Assembly (NCBI GenBank): GCA_041662565.1
Contig: JBAZSE010000003.1
Location: forward strand, 108,636 to 172,635
Length of the DNA: 64,000 bases
Source of the DNA: Patescibacteria group bacterium
GTDB lineage: Bacteria > Patescibacteriota > Patescibacteriia > UBA1558 > UBA10009
Reading direction: 5' to 3'
The first letter of the stretch is position 1; the number at the start of each line of letters is the position of its first letter. Positions 8,629 to 17,662 of the stretch are shown here, piece by piece. Position numbers and translations under genes: made by a program. The notes beneath the pieces were generated by a model. That model had not been told where the DNA came from and did not search any database. It saw only the letters and a program-made list of their open reading frames with translations.

Positions 8629-9870
8629 CTAAGAATGCGGATAAGTTTGAGTTAATAAATTTTCCACTTCATTAATTTTTACTAATCCTTTTTTACTGCC
8701 ATTGCGCAGGCAATATTCCACGCTGCCTTGGGTGTTTTTACCGATAATCAACTGTAAGCTTATACCCATTAAATCAGCGTCTTTAAGCTTGCTACCTGCG
8801 GATTCCTGGCGATCGTCATAAAGAATTTCCCAACCCGTTCTTGTTAAATCACCATACAATTCGTTGGCTACATCTTTTTGGCTTTGATCCAAAAGAACTA
8901 AATGAGCATGAAACGGAGTTAAATTTATGGGCCAGCATAAGCCCTTATCGTCATGATGTATTTCCGCCACCGTGCCCATAATCCTGGATGGCCCAATGCC
9001 ATAACAGCCCATTAAAACCGGTTGTTGTTTACCTTGCTCATTAATATACTTATACTCAAAGGGTTCGGTAAATTTAGTCATTAATTTAAAGATATTGCCC
9101 ACCTCAATGGCCTTAACCAACACTACTCCTTGAGAACACTTAGGACAAGCTTGATCGGATTTAAGCGAACAAATTTCGGTGTTTTGCGCAAAATCGCAAT
9201 GATTACAAACAACAATATTATCCTCACCCGACTCTGTTAATACCTGAAATTCATGGGAGTATTTGGAAAAAGTACCGCCGCTCGCTTCCACCAATCTGCT
9301 GTCCAGGCCGCACCTGTTAAAAACACTAAAGTAGGCCTGAATCGCTTTTTGATAAAATTCTTCCAAATCCGCTTCGGTAGCGTGAAAGCTGTACAAATCT
9401 TTCATGCTAAATTCCCTACCCCTAAGCAAACCGGATTTAGCGCGCGGTTCATTGCGGAACTTATCCTGAATTTGATAAACGGATACGGGTAAATCTTTGT
9501 ACGAAGCGGCAAATTTTTTAACCAGAGGCGTAACCACTTCTTCGTGAGTTGAACCTAAGGCAAATTCTTTTTCGCCAGCACCAACTAATTTAAAAAGGAC
9601 ATCAATTTCATCCCATCTTCCGGTGGTTTGCCAATTTTCCTTGGGCGTTAAAGCCGGCATTAAAATTTCTTGGGCGCCAAGAAAATTCATTTCTTGCCTA
9701 ATGATATTTTTTATTTTATTTAAAACTCTAAGACCTAAGGGTAAATAAGAATAAACCCCGGCCATTAATTTATCAACATAACCTGCTCTGGTAAGCAAAA
9801 TGGCATTTTGGGAAACTTCGTCTTTGGGCGCTTCCCGCAGAGTTTTGGCAACAAGCTGTGATTGCAACAT
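8629..9870 (-). CDS. proS: Prolyl-tRNA synthetase (short form without editing insertion)
   Basis: Class II aaRS motifs. 413 aa. N-terminal LTRAGYVDKLMAGVYSYLPLGLRVLNKIKNIIRQEM is typical of ProS. Confidence 0.8.
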   Translation of the reverse strand: MLQSQLVAKTLREAPKDEVSQNAILLTRAGYVDKLMAGVYSYLPLGLRVLNKIKNIIRQEMNFLGAQEILMPALTPKENWQTTGRWDEIDVLFKLVGAGEKEFALGSTHEEVVTPLVKKFAASYKDLPVSVYQIQDKFRNEPRAKSGLLRGREFSMKDLYSFHATEADLEEFYQKAIQAYFSVFNRCGLDSRLVEASGGTFSKYSHEFQVLTESGEDNIVVCNHCDFAQNTEICSLKSDQACPKCSQGVVLVKAIEVGNIFKLMTKFTEPFEYKYINEQGKQQPVLMGCYGIGPSRIMGTVAEIHHDDKGLCWPINLTPFHAHLVLLDQSQKDVANELYGDLTRTGWEILYDDRQESAGSKLKDADLMGISLQLIIGKNTQGSVEYCLRNGSKKGLVKINEVENLLTQTYPHS

Positions 9871-9888
9871 AATTTTATTTGGTTACTT

Positions 9889-10044
9889 AATTCCGTCAAG
9901 GTTAAATTTTTGAAAGCCGAGGACCGTTTAAGCCTTACCTAACATGACCTGGAAAAATTCAGAACGGCGGGCATAACATAAAGGAAAAAATCTCAAGGGT
10001 CTGGCGCGTTCCGCAGGCCGAAAAAATTTGACCTTGACGGAATT
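9889..10044 (-). ncRNA. Candidate structured RNA or leader element closed by a ~27-bp long-range stem
   Basis: aattccgtcaaggttaaatttttgaaagcc (9889-9918) is complementary to ggccgaaaaaatttgaccttgacggaatt (10015-10044) with 2-3 mismatches. The stem encloses ~100 nt and lies 18 nt upstream of the proS start. Confidence 0.35.
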
Positions 10045-10058
10045 TTGACAAAAAATTC

Positions 10059-10370
10059 TTATAAACTCTCAAAAATATTTATAACTCTGGCTGCTTCAAT
10101 GTGAACTACTTCATCATCATATTCGGCATTATGGGCTTTAGCGCCCTGATAAATTGGTTTTTTTTGATCCAAATGCAAGCTGAAAACGTACGATTCATCG
10201 GTTTCCTGATTTAAGTAAATATGAAACCTGGGATAATGCTGGTTTAAAGATAAGCGCCTAACATAGCCAACCTTGCCGTTAAAACTATTATCTATCCCGA
10301 AGTAACCGCATTTTCTTAAGGCGTCCCGCAAATTATTCCGCAGTCCGTGTTTGCTGATTTTAAATACCAT
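10059..10370 (-). CDS. Hypothetical protein (103 aa)
   Basis: ORF with protein-like composition. No motif recognised. Confidence 0.4.
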   Translation of the reverse strand: MVFKISKHGLRNNLRDALRKCGYFGIDNSFNGKVGYVRRLSLNQHYPRFHIYLNQETDESYVFSLHLDQKKPIYQGAKAHNAEYDDEVVHIEAARVINIFESL

Positions 10371-10378
10371 GGCCGCAG

Positions 10379-11491
10379 TTAGAATAAATTCTTTATTTTA
10401 TCAACAAAACCGGTTAACATGTTTATATCACGGTAAGTGATTAAAACAATCAAAATCATTAAAACGCTAAAACCAAGATTATGGACGATGTTTTCCATAT
10501 TTTGATTATTGGGCTTGCGTCTAATTTTTTCTATGACGGCAAATAGGAAACGCCCGCCATCCAGCGCCGGAAAAGGAAAAAAATTAATCACCGCCAAATT
10601 CAAGGAAAGCATGGCGGCAAATTGCAAAACATAGCTAAAGCCCAAATTAACGGCTTGGCCGGTAAGCATAGCCACTCCCACTGGTCCGGATAATTCCGCG
10701 GACATACCGGAACCGATAAACAAACCCGCCAACAAACCGTAAAAAGCCATCACAATTCTGGCCAGTAAATTACCCGTTGAAAGCAAACCATGATACCAGC
10801 TGGCAAAAAAACCATAGCGCACCAGACCTGTCTGCAAAACATTAACGCCCAAAATTTTATTCTCGCCGGAATCTTTGGTTAAGGCCGGTTGCAGCTGCAA
10901 ATCCAACACATCTCCTGCCAGTTTTTGTATTTTAAGCGAGATTAGCTGATCCTGATGGTTTTTAATGTACTCGGAAAATTCATCTTGCCTAAAAAAATTA
11001 TTCCCGTCAACCCCTAAAATCACATCACCTTCAGTAAGAGATGCCGCCTGAGCGACTGATCCATCTTTAACGCCAACAATCCTTAATTGAACATTGCTGA
11101 CATTAGGACTGTTTAAATCTTCTGAAGCCAAGCCCGTAGGCAAGCCCACCATATAACCGATTGATAATAAAACATAAGCCAAAATAACATTCATAATAAC
11201 GCCAGCAGCCAAAACCAGACCTTTAACGTAAAACGGCTGATGCCCAAAGCTATCGGGTTCTTCGCGGAGTGAACCGTCTTCACCTTTAATCCTAACAAAG
11301 CCACCCAAGGGAATTAAATTAACGGAATACAAGGTTTCACCCTTTTTAATGCCAAATAACCGCGGAGGAAAACCCAAACCGAATTCTTCCACCTTAATCC
11401 CCGCTTTTCGAGCAGTTAAAAAATGACCCAGCTCATGAACAAAAACCAAAACACCTAAAATGAGAATAAAAATTATTATTGTAAATAGCAT
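10379..11491 (-). CDS. rseP: Site-2 protease RseP (M50 zinc metalloprotease with PDZ domain)
   Basis: HELGHFLTARKAG (HExxH) in a TM helix, a PDZ-like middle domain, and C-terminal TM helices with an LDGG motif. Confidence 0.85.
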   Translation of the reverse strand: MLFTIIIFILILGVLVFVHELGHFLTARKAGIKVEEFGLGFPPRLFGIKKGETLYSVNLIPLGGFVRIKGEDGSLREEPDSFGHQPFYVKGLVLAAGVIMNVILAYVLLSIGYMVGLPTGLASEDLNSPNVSNVQLRIVGVKDGSVAQAASLTEGDVILGVDGNNFFRQDEFSEYIKNHQDQLISLKIQKLAGDVLDLQLQPALTKDSGENKILGVNVLQTGLVRYGFFASWYHGLLSTGNLLARIVMAFYGLLAGLFIGSGMSAELSGPVGVAMLTGQAVNLGFSYVLQFAAMLSLNLAVINFFPFPALDGGRFLFAVIEKIRRKPNNQNMENIVHNLGFSVLMILIVLITYRDINMLTGFVDKIKNLF

Positions 11492-11524
11492 GTATTAAAT
11501 TAGTTATTGATTATGGCTTTAGGC

Positions 11525-12079
11525 CTAAATTTTCATAATCTCTTCTTCTTTTTTATCGCCTAATGACCTGATTTTTTCGTTATAGCTTTTTACCAATTCT
11601 TCCAATTCATCCAAATTCCTGAATTTTTCATCTTCCGTAATTTCTTTATCTTTTTCTTGAGCTAAAGTTTTTTCCTTAATTTTTTCTCGTACGCTTCTAA
11701 TGGCCACTTTGGCTTCTTCCAATCTGTGATGAAGTTTTTTAACCACTTCTTTGCGAGTTTCTTCGGTTAGAGAAGGAACGTTTAATATTACCACGCTTTC
11801 CCTAACCACCGGATTAATGCCCAAATCGGCTTTGATTAGGGCTTTTTCAATTTCTTTTAATAAAGCTTTATCCCAGGGCTGAATGGTTAAGGTTTTAGGA
11901 TCGGTAGCTGTGATGCTGGCCAAATGGGGCAAGGGAGTTAAAACGCTGTAAGCATCAACCAAAACATTTTCAACCAAGGATGGACTGGAACGGCCCAAGC
12001 GCAAAGTGCCAATTTCTTTATCCAAAAAAACCAAAATTTTATTAAATTCATCCTTATAGCTGTTAACAAAATCGCTCAT
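11525..12079 (-). CDS. frr: Ribosome recycling factor
   Basis: 184 aa. The architecture and conserved stretches (LRLGRSSPSLVENVLVDAY, ITATDPKTLTIQPWDK) are typical of RRF. Confidence 0.85.
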   Translation of the reverse strand: MSDFVNSYKDEFNKILVFLDKEIGTLRLGRSSPSLVENVLVDAYSVLTPLPHLASITATDPKTLTIQPWDKALLKEIEKALIKADLGINPVVRESVVILNVPSLTEETRKEVVKKLHHRLEEAKVAIRSVREKIKEKTLAQEKDKEITEDEKFRNLDELEELVKSYNEKIRSLGDKKEEEIMKI

Positions 12080-12114
12080 AAATTTAAGATTATAAAATAA
12101 AGTTTATCTAATGA

Positions 12115-13173
12115 TTATTTTGCCGTTGATTTAACTCCTAAATATAAAATTTTCGGATTTTGATAATCCAGCAGCATGAACTTGGGTGCGCGGGCCGTGG
12201 GAATGCTCCGGGTAATCCAATTTTTTCCGTTATCTTGGCTACGATACAAGGTTTTGGCCACGCCGTAAAAAATTTCCTGGCCGTTTTTTGGATTAATGCC
12301 AATGGAATAAATTTGGGAGGTTTTGGGCGGAGTTAGTAATTTTAATTCCTGCCAACTTGCCCCGCCGTCTGTTGAGCGAATTAAGCCGTAATCGGAAGCG
12401 TAAAGCAGGCCATCATCTGTTGTTGGATCAATAACCAAATCTCGATAAACAAATATGTCTCCGCTGTTTTTAAATTTTTCGGCTGTAAACAAATTATGCC
12501 AGGTTTTTCCCTGATCCGTTGATTTATACGTTCCCTTACTGGCTGTAACAACATAAATTATGTTGGAATTTTTTGGGCTGATTAAAATCTTAACTATCCG
12601 ATCATCAAAATAATCAACTACGTGCCAGGAAAAAGCCGCGTCTTCGCTAACAAACAGGCCTTTGCCTGAAGTGCCTGTATAAATTAGCCTGGAATTATTA
12701 GGATCAACGGCAATAGTGGTTATTTGATTATTAGGATTATCTCTGGTTTCAATAAGCTGATAATCCCAATGCCGGCTACAATCGGCTGTTTTATAAACCC
12801 GATTACCGATAGCCGTGTAAACTACGCAACGATCGGCATGGTCAATGGCAATGGCATTGATCTTACCCGATGTAGCCAATGACTGCTGCCAGCCATTGCC
12901 TCCATTATAGCTGTAAAACAAGCCGTCGGTTTCGGTGCCCACATAAATGGCCTGGCGATCGGTGGGATCCATGATCATGGCGCTAACATCCACTGTGCCG
13001 AAATTTTTAGCAACCTCGCCGACCCGATAAATGGCTGCTGTTTGCTGCCAATGATCGCCCGCGTCTTCAGTTTTAAAAACTCCGCCATCAACGGATTTTG
13101 TGGTTTTTATAGCAATAGCGCAACCGGTTAAAACCAAAATCATTAAAGGCAAAAGGTATAGGATTTTTTTCAT
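12115..13173 (-). CDS. Lipoprotein with BNR/Ycf48-like beta-propeller repeats
   Basis: Lipobox (LVLTGCAIA). Repeated S/TxDxGxxW BNR motifs (GDHW, GNGW, SRHW, AFSW, GKTW, GASW, GKNW). Confidence 0.65.
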   Translation of the reverse strand: MKKILYLLPLMILVLTGCAIAIKTTKSVDGGVFKTEDAGDHWQQTAAIYRVGEVAKNFGTVDVSAMIMDPTDRQAIYVGTETDGLFYSYNGGNGWQQSLATSGKINAIAIDHADRCVVYTAIGNRVYKTADCSRHWDYQLIETRDNPNNQITTIAVDPNNSRLIYTGTSGKGLFVSEDAAFSWHVVDYFDDRIVKILISPKNSNIIYVVTASKGTYKSTDQGKTWHNLFTAEKFKNSGDIFVYRDLVIDPTTDDGLLYASDYGLIRSTDGGASWQELKLLTPPKTSQIYSIGINPKNGQEIFYGVAKTLYRSQDNGKNWITRSIPTARAPKFMLLDYQNPKILYLGVKSTAK

Positions 13174-14093
13174 ATATTTATAAAGATATTTTCTAAAATC
13201 AGCCGCGGGCTGACATTAAAGGACAATTGTTCTTTTGATTTTTTTAATAAAGCCAATAAATCCAAAACTTTAGACACCCCCAAATTAGGCGGAGTAAAAC
13301 TTAAATGAGCTAAATGGCTTAACTGATAGTTGTTTAACAATAAAAACCTGAATAAAATTTCGGCTTGGGCAATTAATAAACGCGCCGATTCCAATTTAGC
13401 CGGTGCCTCTTCGTGCTTGGCTAAAAAACTTTCCAAATACCTAATTCGGCCGTTTAAATCCAAATTGAACATTTCACCCAAAGCCGTTTGCTGATCAAGA
13501 TATTCCTTTAACAAATCTTCGTCTTCGCACATTTGTACTGCCAAACCCGTTCGCCCCCCGCTTAAGCCGATAATTTGTTTGGCTTTAGCAGGATCTCCGG
13601 TTTTTTGAACGATGAATTTATAAAGATCCGGCAATGGTAATGGCGCAAATTTTATCAACTGGCTTCTGGAAGCAATAGTGCTAAGTAAAGCTTGGCGATC
13701 GGAAGTTAAAATGATGATAACTGTTTTAGACGTTGGCTCTTCCAAGGTTTTTAACAAAGCGCTTGAGGATTCGTTATTAAGCCGTTCAGCTTCGTAAATT
13801 ATGCCGACTTTAATAGCATCATTAAATCCTTTTAACGTAAGCGATCTACGCCAATCCCTTACCTGCTCTATGCTGATATCTTTTTTATCGGGCAAGCACT
13901 CCAGCTTATAAAAATCCACGGCTTGCATCAGGCCTTGCCCCAGCAAGCGTTCGGCAAAGGCCTCGGCTACCTTAGTTTTGCCTAAATTTGGCGGACCGTA
14001 AAATAAATAGGCCTGGGCCAATTTATGGCTATCCAAGCTTTGCTGTAAAAATTTGATTATTTGATTGTGCCCGGTAACTCCCCAATTATCCAT
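13170..14093 (-). CDS. holB: DNA polymerase III delta' subunit
   Basis: AAA+ clamp-loader fold. Walker A-like GPPNLGKTKVAEAF. SRS/sensor region TIASRSQLIKF. Confidence 0.7.
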   Translation of the reverse strand: MDNWGVTGHNQIIKFLQQSLDSHKLAQAYLFYGPPNLGKTKVAEAFAERLLGQGLMQAVDFYKLECLPDKKDISIEQVRDWRRSLTLKGFNDAIKVGIIYEAERLNNESSSALLKTLEEPTSKTVIIILTSDRQALLSTIASRSQLIKFAPLPLPDLYKFIVQKTGDPAKAKQIIGLSGGRTGLAVQMCEDEDLLKEYLDQQTALGEMFNLDLNGRIRYLESFLAKHEEAPAKLESARLLIAQAEILFRFLLLNNYQLSHLAHLSFTPPNLGVSKVLDLLALLKKSKEQLSFNVSPRLILENIFINI

Positions 14094-14146
14094 AAATCGT
14101 TTAAATTATAGCAATTTTAAAGGTTTTTTGTCAATCAAAATACAAA

Positions 14147-14569
14147 CTATTGTTTAGCTTGTTTATCCAGCTCTAAATTAACCATTTTGTCCGCTGCTTT
14201 GTTTTGCTCTCTGGGAATATGGGTATAAGTAATTTTTTTAAAAGTTTTGCTTAAATTCCAGGCCTTTAAAAATAAAACTTGTAGCCCGGCCTCTTTGACT
14301 TTGTATTCCAAACTTAATTGCTTAACCACTAATAAGCTATCCAAATAAAAATCTATTTCCAAAACTCCCAATTTTTGAGCTTCGGCAAAAGCCAATAAAA
14401 CTCCTTCATACTCGGCCTGATTATTGGTAGCTACGCCCAAATATTTGGAATGTTGGCTAATAACTTTTCCTGTCTCATCTTTGATAACCACTCCACAAGC
14501 GGCCGGCCCTGGATTGCCGCGAGCTCCGCCATCAGTATAGATTTTAAGTTTTGCGTATTTAATATTCAT
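14147..14569 (-). CDS. rnhA: Ribonuclease HI
   Basis: YTDGGARGNPGPAACGVVI and NNQAEYEGVLLAFAEA match the RNase H catalytic core. 140 aa. Confidence 0.85.
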   Translation of the reverse strand: MNIKYAKLKIYTDGGARGNPGPAACGVVIKDETGKVISQHSKYLGVATNNQAEYEGVLLAFAEAQKLGVLEIDFYLDSLLVVKQLSLEYKVKEAGLQVLFLKAWNLSKTFKKITYTHIPREQNKAADKMVNLELDKQAKQ

Positions 14570-14593
14570 AAAAAATTAATCAAATGAAACATA

Positions 14594-16312
14594 TTACATA
14601 GATATTTTTATATCAAGCAATGAAAGCTGTATCTCCCTATTGCCGTTCCATTCATTAATACTAAGCTCACAAACAATATCGACTTTTTCTCCGGGCTTAA
14701 TTTGTTTGGCAATTAAGCCAAAGCCAAAGCAGATAATTTTCCTTTTGATTTGGCCATCTGATACCAACATCCGTAAATGGCTTTTATCCGAGCCGATAAT
14801 TTCGGCGGAAATAACGGTTAAATTTTTGATTAAAAACCTGGGTTTAAAATTACTCTCGCCGTAGGGGCTAAAAGCTTCCAAAAATTCCACCAATTGCCAG
14901 TCGGCTTGCGCCAAAGTAATTTCTTGATCAATTAAAATTGATGGAACAAAGGTGAAACCGGCTAATTTTTCCGCGCCGTAAGCCAAAAATTTTTCCTTAA
15001 AATCAGCCAGTTGATCTTTGCTCATGCTGAATCCGGCCGCACCACTATGCCCGCCATAACGCAAAAAATATTGGCTAAACTTATCCATGCCTTCGATTAA
15101 ATCAAACTCCTTAATACTCCGGCCCGAAGCCACATAGCGATTGCCGTCATCGGATAGCACAAAAGATGGCCTGGCAAAATCCTGAGTTAGCTTGGAGGCC
15201 ACCAGCCCGATTAAACCGGGATTCCAATTCTCTCCAACCGCAAACAAAATCGGTTTATCAGCGCCAACCTCCCCTAACTGCTCTTTGGCCTCATTAACCA
15301 GCTTTTCGGTTAATGATTGGCGTTCCAGATTTCGCTTATTTAATTGAGTGGCTATGGTAATAGCTTCTTCAATATTTTCGGTAGTAACCAGCTGATAGGC
15401 ATTGTTAGCATGGCTCATGCGGCCGGCAGCATTGATTCTGGGCGCAATTTGAAAACTAATGGAATGGGTATCCAATTTTTCACGGTTAACTGTGGCTACC
15501 TGCATCAGCTTATCCAAGCCCAAATTTTTGGTTTTAGCCAAAACAATCAAACCGTATTTAACCAATGTCCTGTTTTCTCCCAGCAAAGGCACCATATCCG
15601 CTACCGTACTAATGGCAACCAAATCCAAAAGCCATTTGGCAAAACTCTCACCTTCCGAAGCGTTAAAACCGGACCTGGTATCCAAAATTAATCCTTGAGC
15701 CAGTTTAAAAGCCACACCGCCACCGGATAATTTTTTAAAAGGATAAGTTTTATCCCAAGCGGGATGAATAATGGCCAAGGCCTCAGGCGTTTGCTCGGGC
15801 ACATGGTGATGATCCGTTAAAATAACATCAACGCCCAAGCTATTGGCCAGCGCCACTTCCGCGTTATTAGAAATCCCACAGTCAACGGTAATTATCAGCT
15901 TAACTCCTTGATCAGCTAACTCGCCAACCGCTTTATTATTTAAACCATAGCCGTCTTTTTCCCGATCAGGCAGATAGGTGACAAAATCAAAATTTAATTT
16001 GGTAAAAATTTTATGCAAAATAGCCGAACCGCAAACGCCATCGGCATCATAATCCCCGTAAATGGCGATTTTTTCCTTTTTATCCCGTGCTTGATATAAT
16101 CTTTCAACCGCTTGCTTCATTTGGCTGAATAAGAAAGGATCATGGATATCCTGCGAATAATCGGGATGCAAAAACTCATCAATGTTGGCTTGAGTGGTTA
16201 AACCGCGATCAAAAAGCAATTGCAAAATTGAAAGAGGCACCTCGGGAAACTGCTGTTTTGCCGACTCATTAATCGCCTCTTTTAAAATCCATTTATACTT
16301 ATTCATACTCAT
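14594..16312 (-). CDS. recJ: Single-stranded-DNA-specific exonuclease RecJ
   Basis: DHH phosphoesterase motifs (YGDYDADGVCGSA, TVDCG, ILTDHHH) and a DHHA1 C-terminal region. Confidence 0.85.
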   Translation of the reverse strand: MSMNKYKWILKEAINESAKQQFPEVPLSILQLLFDRGLTTQANIDEFLHPDYSQDIHDPFLFSQMKQAVERLYQARDKKEKIAIYGDYDADGVCGSAILHKIFTKLNFDFVTYLPDREKDGYGLNNKAVGELADQGVKLIITVDCGISNNAEVALANSLGVDVILTDHHHVPEQTPEALAIIHPAWDKTYPFKKLSGGGVAFKLAQGLILDTRSGFNASEGESFAKWLLDLVAISTVADMVPLLGENRTLVKYGLIVLAKTKNLGLDKLMQVATVNREKLDTHSISFQIAPRINAAGRMSHANNAYQLVTTENIEEAITIATQLNKRNLERQSLTEKLVNEAKEQLGEVGADKPILFAVGENWNPGLIGLVASKLTQDFARPSFVLSDDGNRYVASGRSIKEFDLIEGMDKFSQYFLRYGGHSGAAGFSMSKDQLADFKEKFLAYGAEKLAGFTFVPSILIDQEITLAQADWQLVEFLEAFSPYGESNFKPRFLIKNLTVISAEIIGSDKSHLRMLVSDGQIKRKIICFGFGLIAKQIKPGEKVDIVCELSINEWNGNREIQLSLLDIKISM

Positions 16313-16320
16313 CTATAATA

Positions 16321-16384
16321 CACATTTACGGTGTTTTTGACAACCAAAAAAACCGTGCATGCATCTGGCAATAAACACGGTTTT
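16321..16384 (-). terminator. Hairpin terminator after the TSP3 surface-protein gene, overlapping a putative recJ promoter (-35 TTGTCA, 17-nt spacer, -10 TATTAT ending 2 nt before the ATG)
   Basis: Minus strand reads aaaaaccgtg-N18-cacggttttttt, a 10-bp perfect stem followed by a T-tract. Then ttgtcaaaaacaccgtaaatgtgTATTATagATGagtATG. Confidence 0.5.
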
Positions 16385-17662
16385 TTACTTCTTTTTCATC
16401 ATTTCCTTTAAATTGATGACATTGTTGGGCAAATCTTGCTTTTTAACTTCAGGTCTTACTGACAATGGTTTAACGAGGCCAACTGGGGTTTGATTTTTTG
16501 GCCGAGGCGCAAGAGAAACAAAACTTTTTTCTGGCATCAAAGAGTTTAGCTCACTTGGTTCTTTATCTTTGTATTTTAAATATAAAGCTACTAAAACCGC
16601 AATTGCCGAAAATATCGCTACTAAAAGCCATAGCCAAAAATTATTCGGGCTAAAAAAACTTTTGCCTTGGCCCGAAACCTTTTCCACCATATCATCCAAT
16701 TTAGCTAAAGGTTGATCGTTAATCTTATCCGCGGCCGCTTCGCTGGCAGTTAGATTATTAAGCTGATTCTGTAAATCCTGCAAACTTTGCTCGCTGCCGG
16801 GATTTTGCCCTGCGGCCGCGGCCTCATTATCTGTAGAATTTCCTTGATTGGGTTGGTTAGAATTAGCAACCGGCGGCTGAAAAATATTCCTTTCTTTTTC
16901 TTGAATGGTTTTTGAAGAATCCAAGGGATAAAAATCCTGCGGGTCATTGGTGCCATCGCCATCGGTATCTTTACGCAACGGATCTGTTCCCTTGGCTTTT
17001 TCCTGCTCATCAGACCAGCCGTCATTATCATCATCAACATCGGCATTATTGCCGATCCCATCATTATCACTATCCAACCACTCTTTGGAATCTAAAGGAA
17101 AAACATCCGCCTTATCGTTATAACTGTCACCGTCGGTATCGGCTTTTAAAGGATTGGTGCCCAGCTTGGCTTCATCAACATCGCTAACACCATCATTGTC
17201 ATCATCGGCGTCCAAACGGTCAACAGTATTATCGCCATCAGTATCTTTATCGGGTACGATTAATTTTGTTTGATTGGAATCATTGGCCGCATTCTGGTCT
17301 GCAGGTTCCGCGCCACCTATTTTGGCCTGAATGTTAAACGAATCATCCGGTACGGTAAAATCCACAAAAACATCAGCATAGCCCGTTGGCCTAACCGAAA
17401 TGGACCTGGAATTGCCGATTAAAGTATTGCCTCTTAAAAAAGAAACATAAGCAGTCATGTCTTTATTGCCCACGTTCCTAACTCGGGCGTAAATGCGCAC
17501 ACTTTGTCCGCTGATTAAAACAGTGTTAGAAAATTCCAAATCTTCAGCCGAAAGAGACAAATCATAATCGTACTTGGCGGCTTGAATTTTACTTGTTGCA
17601 AAAAAACCCAAAGTTAAAAAAATAAAACCAGCCAGCAGAATAAAATATTTTTTATTGAACAT
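16385..17662 (-). CDS. Secreted, C-terminally membrane-anchored protein with thrombospondin type-3 Ca-binding repeats
   Basis: Signal peptide. An N-terminal beta-rich domain. A run of DxDxDGxxDxxD repeats (DTDGDNTVDRLDADDDNDGVSDVDE...DTDGDGTNDPQD). A Q/N-rich linker. A single C-terminal TM (FWLWLLVAIFSAIAVLVALYL). Confidence 0.7.
   Translation of the reverse strand: MFNKKYFILLAGFIFLTLGFFATSKIQAAKYDYDLSLSAEDLEFSNTVLISGQSVRIYARVRNVGNKDMTAYVSFLRGNTLIGNSRSISVRPTGYADVFVDFTVPDDSFNIQAKIGGAEPADQNAANDSNQTKLIVPDKDTDGDNTVDRLDADDDNDGVSDVDEAKLGTNPLKADTDGDSYNDKADVFPLDSKEWLDSDNDGIGNNADVDDDNDGWSDEQEKAKGTDPLRKDTDGDGTNDPQDFYPLDSSKTIQEKERNIFQPPVANSNQPNQGNSTDNEAAAAGQNPGSEQSLQDLQNQLNNLTASEAAADKINDQPLAKLDDMVEKVSGQGKSFFSPNNFWLWLLVAIFSAIAVLVALYLKYKDKEPSELNSLMPEKSFVSLAPRPKNQTPVGLVKPLSVRPEVKKQDLPNNVINLKEMMKKK

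Noticed and set aside
9871-10058. T-box leader upstream of proS
   Set aside because: No T-box core sequence (AAnnnGGGTGGnACCGCG) or specifier-loop architecture is present. The region is kept as an unclassified structured element.
16750-17187. ORFs 16750-17070 (-) and 16912-17187 (+) inside the TSP3 surface-protein gene
   Set aside because: These are alternate-frame readings of the highly repetitive GAT/GAC-rich TSP3 repeat DNA. They are His/Met/Arg-rich nonsense compositions.
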